Shown: one piece after another, positions 10,253 through 20,799 of the stretch
How the letters are laid out: each line of letters opens with the position of its first letter
Numbering within the stretch: position 1 is the first letter of the stretch
Source of the DNA: Candidatus Eiseniibacteriota bacterium
Lineage (GTDB): Bacteria > Eisenbacteria > RBG-16-71-46 > CAVPCR01
Length of the DNA stretch: 64,000 nucleotides
Assembly (NCBI GenBank): GCA_963823555.1
Contig: CAWGMA010000003.1
Coordinates: forward strand, 224,001-288,000
Reading direction: 5' to 3'
Notes under the pieces: generated by a model
What the model was told of the DNA's origin: nothing
The model's input: the letters and a program-made list of their open reading frames with translations, nothing else
Databases searched by the model: none
Program-made: the position numbers and the translations under genes

Positions 10253-11032
10253 TCAGCCCGAGAAGAGCGCCTCCTCGTAGCGGGCGACGGGGGCGAAGCC
10301 GAGGCGTTCATAGCAGCCGATGGCGGTCGCGTGGTCCGCCTTGACGTTGAGGCCTATGAGATCGGTTGACGCGAGGAGCGCCTGGACGAGCCGCGCGGTG
10401 GTCCCGGTGGCGAGACCGCGGCCGCGCCGATCCGGGCGGGTGGTGATGTTGCCGAGCGCCGCCACCCGGTAGCGCGCCGAGTAGACATGCACGCCGGCGA
10501 CGCTCACGAGCTCGCCTCGCTCCCGGATCCCGAAGTAGTAGCCGGTTTCGAGCATGCGCGGATCGAACCAGTGGCCAGGATAGCTCGCCTCGTAGAGCGC
10601 TTCGAGGGCGTCGCGGTCGCGGGCCGTCAGCTGCCCGGCGGTGCTGCCATCGGTGGCGCGGGCCCGGGCGGGATCGGTGAGCGCCATCTTGAGATGGGTG
10701 CCGCGGGCATCGACTCGTCTCCCCGGTGTCAGTCGGGAGGCGAGATCCCCACTCAGGTGCGAGTAGAAGCGCGGCGGCAGATCGGGCGCGAGAGCGGTGA
10801 GCAGGCTCGCCATCGGTCCTGGGTCGCGGTCGAGCGCGAGCAGAACGGGCAGGTCGCTGCCGGTGTAGAGGAGCGCCACGGCGGTGAGCAGGTTCCCGTC
10901 GCGGAGTCCGTACCAGGTGGTGTGCGGCCAGAAGAAGTCGTCGAGATCGCCGATCTCGTAGAGATGGAGGAACGCGTCGCGGCGCAGGTAGGTCTCGATC
11001 TCGGATCGTGAAGTCAGACGCTCGGCACGCAC
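10253..11032 (-). CDS. GNAT family N-acetyltransferase
   Basis: Acetyl-CoA motif A 'ITTRPDRRGRGLA' and motif B 'LNVKADHATAIGCYERLGF'. Confidence 0.9.
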   Translation of the reverse strand: MRAERLTSRSEIETYLRRDAFLHLYEIGDLDDFFWPHTTWYGLRDGNLLTAVALLYTGSDLPVLLALDRDPGPMASLLTALAPDLPPRFYSHLSGDLASRLTPGRRVDARGTHLKMALTDPARARATDGSTAGQLTARDRDALEALYEASYPGHWFDPRMLETGYYFGIRERGELVSVAGVHVYSARYRVAALGNITTRPDRRGRGLATGTTARLVQALLASTDLIGLNVKADHATAIGCYERLGFAPVARYEEALFSG

Positions 11033-11060
11033 GAGGTCGCTCGATGGCGCTCGTGATGGA

Positions 11061-11927
11061 CTAGGACTCGGGTCCGTAGTCCCGTGAGTGCGGCTGATGG
11101 AGGGCCTGAGCCAGCGCTTCCCCGTTCGCTGCGGACTCTCCCGGCAGCGGGGGGGGCGTCTCCATCACGCGCGAGCCGCCGGCTTCTGGCGCGCGGTGCA
11201 CGTGAGGCATGCGTGGAGTCGGCGTCTCCTCACGGGCTGCCGTCCCGCGGTGGCGGGCTCCCAGATCCGGATAGCGCAGATGGATGACCTCCTCGACGAG
11301 CCGCACGCGCTCCTGCATGGAGAGGCTGGCCACGGTGATGTAGGGAACCGCATACATCTCGAGCAGGAGCTTCACCATGCCATCGATGAGGACGACGTCC
11401 TCCCAGCGCAGCGCGGCGCGGATGCCGTCGGTCTGCACCAGATCGGGATGCGGCCGGACGAAGAAGACCAGGCCCCCGGCTACCCAGCGCATGTATTCCT
11501 CGAGCGCCGGATCGCGGAACAGCTCGTGCATGACGGTGCCGTGGTTGGCCGTGTAGGCGAGATTGCAGAAGGCGCGGTCGGATACGAAGGCGTCACCGGC
11601 ATCGCGCTCGGCTTCGATCTGGCGGCGAAAGACCTCGATCTGGTAGCGATTCACCTGGTCGAGATTCGAGCGCAGGCGATCGAGGCTGACCTCCATCTCG
11701 GCGAGGATCGAGCGGGCGACTTCGCTGATGAGCTTGAGCCCGTAGCGGTCGCGGACATAGCGAGCGAGCGTGGTCTTGCCGGTGGCATGGGCGCCGACGA
11801 AGTAGATGCGTAACGACCGGCGATCGCTCCCCCGGGAGTGGGTGAAGCCCGCACCGGGGCGAGAGGCAGGCTCGGACCATCCGGATCTGGAATTGGGGTC
11901 ATGCGGTCCGGTGGGACGTGTCGCCAT
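11061..11927 (-). CDS. AAA_28 / NadR-type P-loop kinase/ATPase
   Basis: P-loop GAHATGKTT, 'ISEVAR' and 'VSDRAF'; AGGAGG RBS upstream of the ATG at 11927. Confidence 0.8.
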   Translation of the reverse strand: MATRPTGPHDPNSRSGWSEPASRPGAGFTHSRGSDRRSLRIYFVGAHATGKTTLARYVRDRYGLKLISEVARSILAEMEVSLDRLRSNLDQVNRYQIEVFRRQIEAERDAGDAFVSDRAFCNLAYTANHGTVMHELFRDPALEEYMRWVAGGLVFFVRPHPDLVQTDGIRAALRWEDVVLIDGMVKLLLEMYAVPYITVASLSMQERVRLVEEVIHLRYPDLGARHRGTAAREETPTPRMPHVHRAPEAGGSRVMETPPPLPGESAANGEALAQALHQPHSRDYGPES

Positions 11928-12129
11928 AGAGCAAACCTCCTCTGGCCGGCGCAGCGCTCCGCTTCGCGGCGCCGGGGCCCGACATCCTAGCACGGGGCCC
12001 CCAGATCGTTCCGGCCCTCTTCGCGCCGCGGTCCGCGCCCGCCCCGGGCGCAGCCGCCGCGGGGAAAGGCGGGAAAAATGTCGGGGAAGCGTCGGGCGAC
12101 CTTCCGTTCCTGAGAAGATGAGAGCGATC

Positions 12130-12345
12130 GAGGCCGAGGTCCGGTTCCAGGCCATCCTCCTCCCCGGACCTCCGGCCTCAGGCGGCCTCCAGTCGGGGCC
12201 GGTGTCGTCTCTCCAGGGAAGCCGGATCCGGTGCGGGTGATTGGGGGAGCCCAGCCGGGTTCTGCGAGCTCGTGGCCTCGGGTTTCGGACCCAGCCAGCC
12301 ATCCTCGGAGCGAGCGCCCGGGAGAGACGACGCCGGCCCCGGCCT
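12130..12345. other. Structured intergenic element: two long inverted repeats (ncRNA or MITE-like candidate)
   Basis: Arms 12130-12144/12164-12179 and 12194-12218/12317-12341 (25 bp with 2 imperfections). Confidence 0.5.
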
Positions 12346-12420
12346 ATTTCTGCCTGCCTTCATGACTTACGGCCGCCTTTCGCCGTCACTCGGGCCCGCC
12401 ACCCGTCCCGCGCGGTGCTC

Positions 12421-12450
12421 TTGACAGCTGTTCGATCCCATTCCTAGACT
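12421..12450 (+). promoter_or_regulatory. Sigma70-type promoter for the GldAFG-like operon
   Basis: TTGACA-18 nt-TAGACT, about 215 nt upstream of the ABC ATPase start. Confidence 0.7.
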
Positions 12451-12665
12451 CTCTGCCTGTTTTCCGGACACTGCGCGCTCGTCCCCGGAGGCCGGGAAAG
12501 CATCGCTGGCGTCCCGCTCAACCGGGATGTTCCGGCGAGGCTCTTTCATTCGCGGTCGCGAATCCCTCGACTGGCGATGTCCCGAACCGGTGCTCGAGGC
12601 GGGTCACGGCCCGCCCACCGGGTCGAATGCCTCCGACTCGGGCGCGCGCTTCCCAACTGAAAGCC

Positions 12666-13640
12666 ATGATTCAAGTCAAGAGTCTGAGCAAGCGGTTCGG
12701 GCCGACCATCGCCGTCGAGAACGTGAGCTTCGATGTTCAGCGCCGGGAAGTGGTCGGCTTCCTCGGGCCGAACGGCGCCGGCAAGACGACCACCATGCGC
12801 ATGCTCACGTGTTACTTGCCTCCCGACGCCGGGTCGGCCGAGGTGGCGGGCTTCGACGTCATGCGGCAACCCCTGGATGTGCGGCGAAGGATCGGATACC
12901 TGCCGGAGAGCGCCCCGCTCTACGCCGAGATGGGAGTCCTCGACTACCTCGAGTTCATCGCCGAGGTGCGGGGACTCGCCGGCCCGCGCCGGCGCCAGCG
13001 CATCCAGGACATGATCGGCATCTGCGGGCTGGAGCGCGTCGTCAAGAAGGACATCGGCGAGCTGTCGAAGGGATATCGCCAGCGTGTCGGCCTGGCCCAG
13101 ACCCTGATCCACGATCCCGATGTGCTGATCCTCGATGAGCCGACCTCGGGACTCGACCCGAAGCAGATCATCGAGATCCGCGAGCTCATCAAGGAGATCG
13201 GACGGGAGAAGACCGTCATCCTCTCCACGCACATCCTCCCCGAGGTCAACGCCACCTGCAACCGCGTGATCATCATCCACAACGGGCAGATCGTCGCTGA
13301 CGGCGCTCCCGACGAGCTCGGGGAGCGGGCTCGGGGTGGTGATCGCTTCTTCGTCACGCTGCGTGGTCCGGCGGAGGACATCTCGGCCCGCCTCGCCGAG
13401 GTGCCCGGCGTGCACGCCTTGCGTGCCGTCGGCCGGCCCGCTGGAGATCGCGTCCGCTTCGAAGTCAAGGCGGCGCACGAGGACGACGTGGCCGAACGCA
13501 TCTTCCAGGTCGCGGTCGACCATCGGTGGCCACTGAGCGAGCTTGCGCCGGAGGCATCGTCTCTCGAAGACGTCTTCATCCGGCTCACGCAGTCGGAACC
13601 GGGAACGGGGCCGGGTGCAGCTGGCACGGGCTCTGGATAG
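12666..13640 (+). CDS. ABC transporter ATP-binding protein (GldA-like)
   Basis: Walker A GPNGAGKTT, signature LSKGYRQ, Walker B LILDEPT, H-loop STH. Confidence 0.92.
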   Translation: MIQVKSLSKRFGPTIAVENVSFDVQRREVVGFLGPNGAGKTTTMRMLTCYLPPDAGSAEVAGFDVMRQPLDVRRRIGYLPESAPLYAEMGVLDYLEFIAEVRGLAGPRRRQRIQDMIGICGLERVVKKDIGELSKGYRQRVGLAQTLIHDPDVLILDEPTSGLDPKQIIEIRELIKEIGREKTVILSTHILPEVNATCNRVIIIHNGQIVADGAPDELGERARGGDRFFVTLRGPAEDISARLAEVPGVHALRAVGRPAGDRVRFEVKAAHEDDVAERIFQVAVDHRWPLSELAPEASSLEDVFIRLTQSEPGTGPGAAGTGSG

Positions 13641-13655
13641 CCGCGAAAGAACCAG

Positions 13656-14369
13656 ATGAAAACGATCCTTGCCATCTTCAAGCGCGAGTTCAAGAGCTAC
13701 TTCCGCTCGCCCATCGCTTACATCTTCATCAGCGCCTTCCTGATCGTGTCGGGGTGGTTCTTCTACCAGACCTTCTTCGTGATCGATTACGCGTCGATGC
13801 GGAACTACTTTGACATCTTGCCCTGGCTTTTCCTCTTCTTCGTGCCCGTGGTCACCATGCGCCTGTGGGCCGAGGAGCGGAAGATCGGCACGATGGAAGT
13901 GCTCATGACATTGCCGGTGCGCGACCATGAGGCCGTGCTCGGCAAGTACCTGGCGGGTCTTGCGTTTCTTGCCGTCGGCCTCGCGCTCACCCTTCCCATC
14001 CCGCTCACCGTGGCCCGGTTCGGCGATCCCGATGTGGGCGTCATCGTGGCCGGTTACGTCGGCGGCATGCTGATGGGAGCGGCCTATCTGGCGATCGGGA
14101 TCTTCGTCTCGAGCATGAGCTCGAACCAGATCGTGGCCGCCATCGTGGGCTGGGTGGTCTGTTTCATCCTCTTCTTCATCGGCAACGATCTGGTGCTCTT
14201 CAATGCCCCCAAGGCGGTGGTTCCGTTCTTCGACTATCTGGGGCTCGGCAACCACTTCGAGTCGATCGGGCGGGGCGTGCTGGATTCGCGTGATCTGATC
14301 TACTACGGGTCCGTGATCGCGTTCTTCCTCTTTCTGAATGTCCGCGTGATCGAGGCGCGGAAGGCATAG
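13656..14369 (+). CDS. ABC-2 type permease (GldF-like)
   Basis: 'REFKSYFRSPIAYIF', 'TMRLWAEERKIGTMEVLMTLP' and 'RGVLDSRDLIYY'; about 6 TM segments. Confidence 0.9.
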   Translation: MKTILAIFKREFKSYFRSPIAYIFISAFLIVSGWFFYQTFFVIDYASMRNYFDILPWLFLFFVPVVTMRLWAEERKIGTMEVLMTLPVRDHEAVLGKYLAGLAFLAVGLALTLPIPLTVARFGDPDVGVIVAGYVGGMLMGAAYLAIGIFVSSMSSNQIVAAIVGWVVCFILFFIGNDLVLFNAPKAVVPFFDYLGLGNHFESIGRGVLDSRDLIYYGSVIAFFLFLNVRVIEARKA

Positions 14370-14415
14370 CCGCGCCGGGCGCGGTGAATGGTGGAATGGC
14401 TATGAGGTCGATGTC

Positions 14416-16071
14416 ATGAGTTCGCGACGGATGCAAGCCGGACGCAACGCGGTCGTCGCGTCCATCCTGTTCCTTGCCATCCTGGTGCTCGTCAACTACC
14501 TGGCGGCCAGGAATTTCTCCCGGATCGACTTGACCCAGAACAAGGAGTTCACGATCTCACCAGCGACCCGTTCCATTCTCGGGCGCATGGACGACATCGT
14601 GAACCTCAAGGTCTACTTCTCGAAGGACCTGCCCTCATATCTCGCCACACTGAACAGCGAGGTTCGAGATCTGCTCGACGAGTTCGCCGCCTATTCGCAC
14701 GGCAATCTGGTCGTCGATTTCGAGGATCCATCGACCGACCCCGAGGTCGAGAACCGGGTGCGGCGGCTCGGCATCCCCCAGGTCCAGCTCGATGTCATCC
14801 AGAGCGACAGCCGCTCGATCCAGAACGCCTACCTCGGCATGGCCATGCTCTATGAGGACCGCAGCGAGACCATTCCGGTGGTCTATTCGACCGAGAACCT
14901 GGAGTACGATCTGGCCTCCTCGATCGTCAAGGTCCTGCAAGAGAAGAAGAAGGTGATCGGTTTCCTGACCGGGCACGGCGAGCCGGGTATCAACGACGCG
15001 TTCGACCCCGTGCGCCAGGAAGCCGAGAAGCAGTACACGGTGCGCGCGGTGGATCTCCAGGGCGGGCGGAGCCCGGTGCCGGCCGACGTCGACGTGCTGG
15101 TCATCGCCGGCGCGGACGCGATCAGCGAACGCGAGAAGTACCTGATCGACCAGTACTTCATGCGCGGCGGACGCCTGATCGTGCTCGAGGACGCCATCGC
15201 GCTCATGGGCGGAGCCCTGCAGGCCCGGCCCCTGCGCTCGGGACTCGAGAACCTGCTCCCGGCCTACGGCGTGCGGATCGACGAGGATCTGGTCCTCGAC
15301 AACGTGAGCGCGACAGCCGGCTTCACCTCCGGCTACATGCGGTTCATGGTCCGGTATCCGTACTGGCCGCGCATCGTGAAGCAGAACTTCGATCAGACCA
15401 ATCCGATCGTGAGCAAGCTCGAATCGCTGGTGCTGCCGTGGGTGAGCCCGGTCGAGGAAACCGAGATGAAGCCGGCCGCGGTCACCTTCACCAAGCTCGC
15501 CTGGACGTCGGATCAGTCCTGGACGCAGAGCGGCCCCTTCAACCTGGCGCCGCAACAGCAGTGGATGCCGGATCCCAACCGCATCAAGAGCCATGGAGTG
15601 GTGGCGGCGCTCAGCGGCCAGTTCCAGAGCTATTTCGCCGGCAAGGACATCCCGCCGGCTCCGGCCGATACGACGGCGGGGGTGGCGCCGGCGCCGCCCG
15701 ACGAGCCGCTGATCGATCTCAGCACCGAGACGCAGCTCCTGGTGGTGGGGACCTCGCAGTTCATCAACGCCAACTTCCTGAGCCAGTATCCGTCGAACAT
15801 CACCTTCTTCCTGAACGCGCTCGATTGGATGGCGCTCGGAGACGAGCTCATCGCCATCCGCTCCCGTACGGTGAGCGACCGCCCCCTCGATCCCGAAATC
15901 CTCAAGGATGAGGCCGCCGGCAAGCGGAGCGCGATCAAGTACGCCGGGATCTTCGGCATGCCGATCCTGCTCACGATCTTCGGCATCGGCCAGTGGATGG
16001 CGCGACGGCGCGGGAAGCAGACGTTCGAGTCCGCGCTGCGAGGCCCCTCGGGGGGGACGGGGAGCATCTAG
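14416..16071 (+). CDS. GldG-family ABC auxiliary component
   Basis: N-terminal TM, 'RIDLTQNKEFTISPAT', 'FLTGHGE', 'DQYFMRGG', 'NALDWMALGDELIAIRSR', C-terminal TM. Confidence 0.9.
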   Translation: MSSRRMQAGRNAVVASILFLAILVLVNYLAARNFSRIDLTQNKEFTISPATRSILGRMDDIVNLKVYFSKDLPSYLATLNSEVRDLLDEFAAYSHGNLVVDFEDPSTDPEVENRVRRLGIPQVQLDVIQSDSRSIQNAYLGMAMLYEDRSETIPVVYSTENLEYDLASSIVKVLQEKKKVIGFLTGHGEPGINDAFDPVRQEAEKQYTVRAVDLQGGRSPVPADVDVLVIAGADAISEREKYLIDQYFMRGGRLIVLEDAIALMGGALQARPLRSGLENLLPAYGVRIDEDLVLDNVSATAGFTSGYMRFMVRYPYWPRIVKQNFDQTNPIVSKLESLVLPWVSPVEETEMKPAAVTFTKLAWTSDQSWTQSGPFNLAPQQQWMPDPNRIKSHGVVAALSGQFQSYFAGKDIPPAPADTTAGVAPAPPDEPLIDLSTETQLLVVGTSQFINANFLSQYPSNITFFLNALDWMALGDELIAIRSRTVSDRPLDPEILKDEAAGKRSAIKYAGIFGMPILLTIFGIGQWMARRRGKQTFESALRGPSGGTGSI

Positions 16072-16138
16072 CGGATCGCGCCCGGGTCGGCGCCGGCGGG
16101 AGGTTTGCCGGCGGCCGGACAGGAGGAGTAGGCAGGAC

Positions 16139-17140
16139 ATGGAAGCTCGACAGATGCGCAACATGGCGCTCGTTCTCCTGGGTCTCTTGCTCGTCGCTCT
16201 GGTCCTGGAACAGCCGTGGTCGGGAGGAAAGAAGAAGACAGACGAGCTCTACCCCGATTTCAAAGCGGAAGAGATCGATCGTATCCACGTCGTGAATCGT
16301 GCCGATACCGTCGATCTCGTGCTCCGCGATGGATTGTGGCTGATCGGCGGCCCACGCCCGTTGCCCGCCGATACCGCCTCGATCAACCGGGCGCTGGAGG
16401 CGGTCGACCGATTCGAGAAGACGCAGCTCGTGTCCAAGAACGCCGAGAAGTTCACGGTCTTCGAGGTCGATTCAGCGAGCGCGGCTCATGTCCAGCTCTA
16501 TGCCGGCGGCGGTGATCCCGTCGTCGACATGCTCCTCGGCAAGTTCACCCCGGAGGGGGGCAACTACTTCCGTCCATCCGGCGAGGAGTTCGTCTATTCC
16601 TCCACCGATCGGGTCCGGGCCCTCTTCGCGCGCGATGCGCGCGCCTGGCAGGATCGGAAGATCTTCGATGTCGAGCCGGTTGACCTCACCAGGCTCATAG
16701 TCGAGCGCGGTGATTCGACCATCGTCTTCGAGAAGGAGGCCGATGGCAGCTGGCTCCTCAAGGAGCCGCTCAGTTTCCCGGTGCGCACCGAAGAGATGGA
16801 CAACCTTCTACGCAACGTGGCCAAGCTCATCGCCAATGCCTATCCCGATTCCGCGGTCACGGTGGCCGAGGCCGGGCTCGACAAGCCCAGGCTCCGGGTG
16901 CGGGCGGAGCGCCTCGACGGCACCGGGATCGAGCTCCTGGTCGGGGCGCAAGGCGGCAACGGGCTCTACTACGCCAAGGCCGCGGACCGCGACTGGATCT
17001 ACGAGCTGGCGCCCTACCGCATCGATCCCTTCTACAAGGATCTCCTGAGCATGAAGGCCGAGGCGCCGCCGGCGCCTCCGGCAGGAGAAGCTCCGTCAGG
17101 CGATGCTCCGGCCGGCGGAGCGCCGGGCACGAGCGGATAA
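16139..17140 (+). CDS. DUF4340 domain protein
   Basis: N-terminal TM anchor and two repeated domains ('W..PAD...I', 'GLDKPRLRV'); the usual fourth gene of GldAFG-like operons; AGGAGG upstream. Confidence 0.78.
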   Translation: MEARQMRNMALVLLGLLLVALVLEQPWSGGKKKTDELYPDFKAEEIDRIHVVNRADTVDLVLRDGLWLIGGPRPLPADTASINRALEAVDRFEKTQLVSKNAEKFTVFEVDSASAAHVQLYAGGGDPVVDMLLGKFTPEGGNYFRPSGEEFVYSSTDRVRALFARDARAWQDRKIFDVEPVDLTRLIVERGDSTIVFEKEADGSWLLKEPLSFPVRTEEMDNLLRNVAKLIANAYPDSAVTVAEAGLDKPRLRVRAERLDGTGIELLVGAQGGNGLYYAKAADRDWIYELAPYRIDPFYKDLLSMKAEAPPAPPAGEAPSGDAPAGGAPGTSG

Positions 17141-17203
17141 ACGGCTGCCGTCGAATCGATCCCGGCGCCACCTCGCCGGCGCGAGATGATAAGGTCGCGC
17201 GCC

Positions 17204-18487
17204 ATGAAGCGAGCATCGGGCATCGAGACGGGCGCGCAGCGCACCCACCCCTGGCGGTCGGGCCTCGCCGCGCTGGTGGTCTTGACCTCCATGGCCGTGT
17301 GGTCGCCGGCCGAGGTCTCCGCCTCCGATGATGCGAGTCCCGGCACGGAGGGTGCCGCCGACTCGATTCTTGTCGCCCTCGATCGCGATGCGCGCGAGGC
17401 AATGACCGGGCGCGACCTGGAGCGGCTCCTGGACCTCGGCGATGAGGCCCGGGTCTTTCCGGTCGGGATGGGGACCCCGCTCATCGAGGTCCTGGCGGCG
17501 GTCGCCGACCTTCGCGCCGGCAGCATCCCCGCTGCCGTCACGCGCCTCCGCTACGTCAGCCCGCTCGCCGTGGTGGCGGTCATTGCCGTCACCGCGCTGG
17601 CTGCGGTCCTCCTCGCCATCTGTCTCTATCTCCCGATCGCGCTCTTCGTCTGGGTGGCCGGCGAGCGCCGCATGGTCGCCGACCTGGCGGCGAGCACGTC
17701 CGGGGATGGTGATGGCGTGCCTCCGGCCAAGTCCGACCGCGCCGCCCGGCGCGCCCTGGCCTCCTGGCGCGCTCCGCTCGGGCTCGGAGCCGGGCTCTTC
17801 CTGACCGCGATCGACGATCTGATCGGTATCGGCGCCGCCTTCGCCATCGCCTGGATTGGCTTCGGCGCGCCCGAGTCGGTGCTGGCCATCGACGACATCA
17901 CGCGTGCCGGGGCCATCTCCACGCTCGCCGGCACCGCAGCCGGCAACCTGGGGACGCTGCTCCTGGTCGCTTTCGTCTATCGCGCGCGGGGAGTGGGCAT
18001 GGGTGGCGCCGGCCTGGCGCCGGTGTCCGCCCGCGACGTCCTGCGCCCGGCTCTTCTCCTCAGCGTGCCTCTGGTCATCCTCTCCGCAGCGCACGACCTC
18101 GCCTTCACGAAGATCGTGGGCCGTGAACCACACTCGAACGCCGAGCCGTTGCTCGAGATGCTGCTCGGACCGGCCGGGGGAATGTTGGGTGTGGTGGCGG
18201 TCGCGGTCACGGTTGTCGTCACCGCGCCGGTCATCGAAGAGGTGGTCTATCGCGGGGTGATCTATCGGGCCTTTCGCGATCGCGCCGGGGTGCCGCTGGC
18301 GGTGTTCGCCTCGGGCTTCATCTTCGCCGTCGCCCACCTCGACATGGACCACGTGCTCCCGCTGTGGTGGATCGGGATGACCCTGGCGCTGGTGGTGGAG
18401 CGCACCGGATCGATCATCCCCGCCATCGCGCTCCACGCCCTCTATAACGCGCTCTCGCTCATCCTCTACCTGATGGGACGGGTCTGA
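17204..18487 (+). CDS. CPBP (Abi/CAAX type II) intramembrane glutamic endopeptidase
   Basis: EEVVYRG, FAVAH and 'HALYN' motifs; multiple TM helices. Confidence 0.88.
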   Translation: MKRASGIETGAQRTHPWRSGLAALVVLTSMAVWSPAEVSASDDASPGTEGAADSILVALDRDAREAMTGRDLERLLDLGDEARVFPVGMGTPLIEVLAAVADLRAGSIPAAVTRLRYVSPLAVVAVIAVTALAAVLLAICLYLPIALFVWVAGERRMVADLAASTSGDGDGVPPAKSDRAARRALASWRAPLGLGAGLFLTAIDDLIGIGAAFAIAWIGFGAPESVLAIDDITRAGAISTLAGTAAGNLGTLLLVAFVYRARGVGMGGAGLAPVSARDVLRPALLLSVPLVILSAAHDLAFTKIVGREPHSNAEPLLEMLLGPAGGMLGVVAVAVTVVVTAPVIEEVVYRGVIYRAFRDRAGVPLAVFASGFIFAVAHLDMDHVLPLWWIGMTLALVVERTGSIIPAIALHALYNALSLILYLMGRV

Positions 18488-18497
18488 CTCCTGCGGA

Positions 18498-20573
18498 TCA
18501 GGGGGCGATGATCACGCGCTGCGAAGCCTGGCGCCCTCCCGCGTCCAGGCTCAAGAAGTAGACCCCGGGCGCGAGATCGCGATTCAGCGTGAAACGATGG
18601 CTGCCGGCCGCCTGCATGCCCTGATCGATGCGCGCCGCCACCCTCCCCGTGACGTCCACCAGGCGGACGACGACCTCGAGCGGTCGATCGAGCGAGTACT
18701 CGACGGCAAACGGCCCCGGGGCCGGGTTGGGCCGGACCGGGGCGAGCTGGAAGGCCAGGGCGGGGGAGGCCACCGGGCCGGGCGTGGCCGTGGTCGGCGG
18801 ATCCACCTCGACCGCGCCGCGGAGGATCCAGTAGTACGGGTCGAAGAGCACGGCAACCGGCTCCCCGCTCGCGGCGACTGCAAAGCTCTGCACGGCGAGA
18901 CTGTCGGTGATCACCGACCAGGTGGTGTCGCCGGCGGCACTGACGACGCCGATATCGATCGGCATCGTGAACGGCGGTGCATTGATCTGCACCTGCTCGA
19001 CATGCAGGCTCACCGCCCAGTCGCCGCCGCCCCGATCCACCGGCAGCCACCAGTAGGTGTAGAGCGGGCGGTTCACGCCGTAGATCCAGGGCATGAAGAA
19101 CCAGTCGAGATCGGCGCCATGGATCGACTCGGCGAGGGCCTGGAAGTCCGCGGTCACGGCGTTCCCGTATGCGTACTGGATCGCCCACTGGCGGAGCAGC
19201 TGTTCGAAGGCGGCATCTCCCATCACATGGCGGAGCATGTGCAGCACCCACCCGCCCTTCTTGTAGACGGTGCTGCTGAAGAGGTAGGTCGGATCGTAGA
19301 TCGGCCCCTGGAAGGAGCCGATGTCGAGCCCGCGCATGTAGAGGACATAGGCATCGAATCCCTGCACGGCCTCGACCCAGACCGCCTCGCTGTAGGTGGC
19401 GAAGCCCTCGTTGAGCCAGATATCCCGCCAGTCCCCGAGCGTGACGGAATCCCCCCACCACTGGTGGGACAGCTCGTGCGCCACGACCCAGTCATAGGAG
19501 TGGTCGCCGCGGGTGAGACCCGCCGAGTAGGTGGTGCAGGTCTGATGCTCCATGGCGCCGCCCCACTGGAACATCGCCATCCCGTACTTCTCCGCGAGGA
19601 ACGGGTACTCCCCGAAACGGTCGGCGTAGATCTCGATCATGGGCACGGTGACGCTCCAGTCCTCCTGTGCCTGTGTGAGCCGCTCCGGATACGAGTAGAA
19701 GATGACCGGCATCGTGTCCTGGCTCGCCGAAATGTACTGGTCCTCGAAGACGGTGAAGTTGGTCGCGGTGACGCTCACCAGGTAGGTCGAGATCGGATAG
19801 ATCTCCCGCCAGTGGTAGGTGATCTTGCCTGGGGCCGGCGCGGTGGTGCCGACGAGGAGGCCGTTCGAGGCGACGACCATGGTGTCGGGTACGGTGAAGT
19901 GCAAGTCCGCCGTGGCCTTGTCGTCCGGCACGTCCTTGCAGGGCCACCAGTTCCGCGCGTAGTTGGGCTCGGAGAGGGAGGCGGCGATCAGCGCGCCGTT
20001 GTGGGCTCCGAAGCCGAAGGCCAGGAATCCCCCTTGGGCCGGTTGCCCACCATAGGTGACCCGCACCGCGAACGGCTCGCCGGGGGCAAAGGGCCGGTCG
20101 AGGTTCACGGTGAGGAGGTTGTTGGCGTGAGTGTAGGGGAGCGGGATGCCGTCGCGGTCGACCGCGCTCACCACCATGGCGGGGTGCAGATCGAGGACGA
20201 GCGTCGTCAGGCTCGCCACGATGCTCTCGCTGGTCACCGTGAGGACGCCGCTGATCGATTCGCCGATGAAATCGATGTCGAGAGCGAGGTCATAGTGGAG
20301 GACATCGAAGTCGGTCTGACCCAGGGCCGGCTCGATGGACATCGGCTCGCGCTGCATCTCGAGGGCGTGCTTGGCATCGATCAGCGGGTGCGGTTCCTGG
20401 GGGAACAGCGCCGGATCAGCGAAGGGATGCAGCTCGAGCGGCGTGGCAAGAGCCGGTGGCGCGAGGAAGAGGGCCGTGGTCAGGGCGAGCGCCAGCGCGA
20501 GCGGGAGGACGGGCCACAAGAGTCGGATCCGGGAGGCGGATCCCGGACTGGGGCGCCGCGGAAGACCGATCAT
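18498..20573 (-). CDS. Secreted M1 family aminopeptidase with C-terminal T9SS-CTD-like domain
   Basis: GGAMEH, HELSH...WLNEGFATY and YKKG motifs; signal peptide; tail 'RPNP..DVTGR..LAPGVYFL'. Confidence 0.92.
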   Translation of the reverse strand: MIGLPRRPSPGSASRIRLLWPVLPLALALALTTALFLAPPALATPLELHPFADPALFPQEPHPLIDAKHALEMQREPMSIEPALGQTDFDVLHYDLALDIDFIGESISGVLTVTSESIVASLTTLVLDLHPAMVVSAVDRDGIPLPYTHANNLLTVNLDRPFAPGEPFAVRVTYGGQPAQGGFLAFGFGAHNGALIAASLSEPNYARNWWPCKDVPDDKATADLHFTVPDTMVVASNGLLVGTTAPAPGKITYHWREIYPISTYLVSVTATNFTVFEDQYISASQDTMPVIFYSYPERLTQAQEDWSVTVPMIEIYADRFGEYPFLAEKYGMAMFQWGGAMEHQTCTTYSAGLTRGDHSYDWVVAHELSHQWWGDSVTLGDWRDIWLNEGFATYSEAVWVEAVQGFDAYVLYMRGLDIGSFQGPIYDPTYLFSSTVYKKGGWVLHMLRHVMGDAAFEQLLRQWAIQYAYGNAVTADFQALAESIHGADLDWFFMPWIYGVNRPLYTYWWLPVDRGGGDWAVSLHVEQVQINAPPFTMPIDIGVVSAAGDTTWSVITDSLAVQSFAVAASGEPVAVLFDPYYWILRGAVEVDPPTTATPGPVASPALAFQLAPVRPNPAPGPFAVEYSLDRPLEVVVRLVDVTGRVAARIDQGMQAAGSHRFTLNRDLAPGVYFLSLDAGGRQASQRVIIAP

Positions 20574-20799
20574 GGTTGAGGTATCTCCTCGTCAGGACGG
20601 TGATGGTCGGGAAAGCGTCCGAGGGACCCAGAACAGGCCATCGCCAGGTGGGGCCGCCGCCGGCGGTTGTTCGATATCTGGCTGGTGGGAGCGCACCACC
20701 ATTATACACGAGCAGCCGGCCACGGCGCTGACCAGCAGAAGACCGTTCTGATTCAACCTGGAACAGGGCCTCAGCCGGGGCATTGCCCCCTCGTTCAGG

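Noticed and set aside
12130..12345. tRNA, tmRNA, SRP RNA or RNase P RNA
   Set aside because: No T-loop/CCA end, no SRP helix-8 motif and no GAGGAAAGUCC; kept only as an unassigned structured element.
17204..18487. 'Abi' protein as a phage-defence system
   Set aside because: The motifs are those of a CPBP membrane protease and there is no defence-island context.
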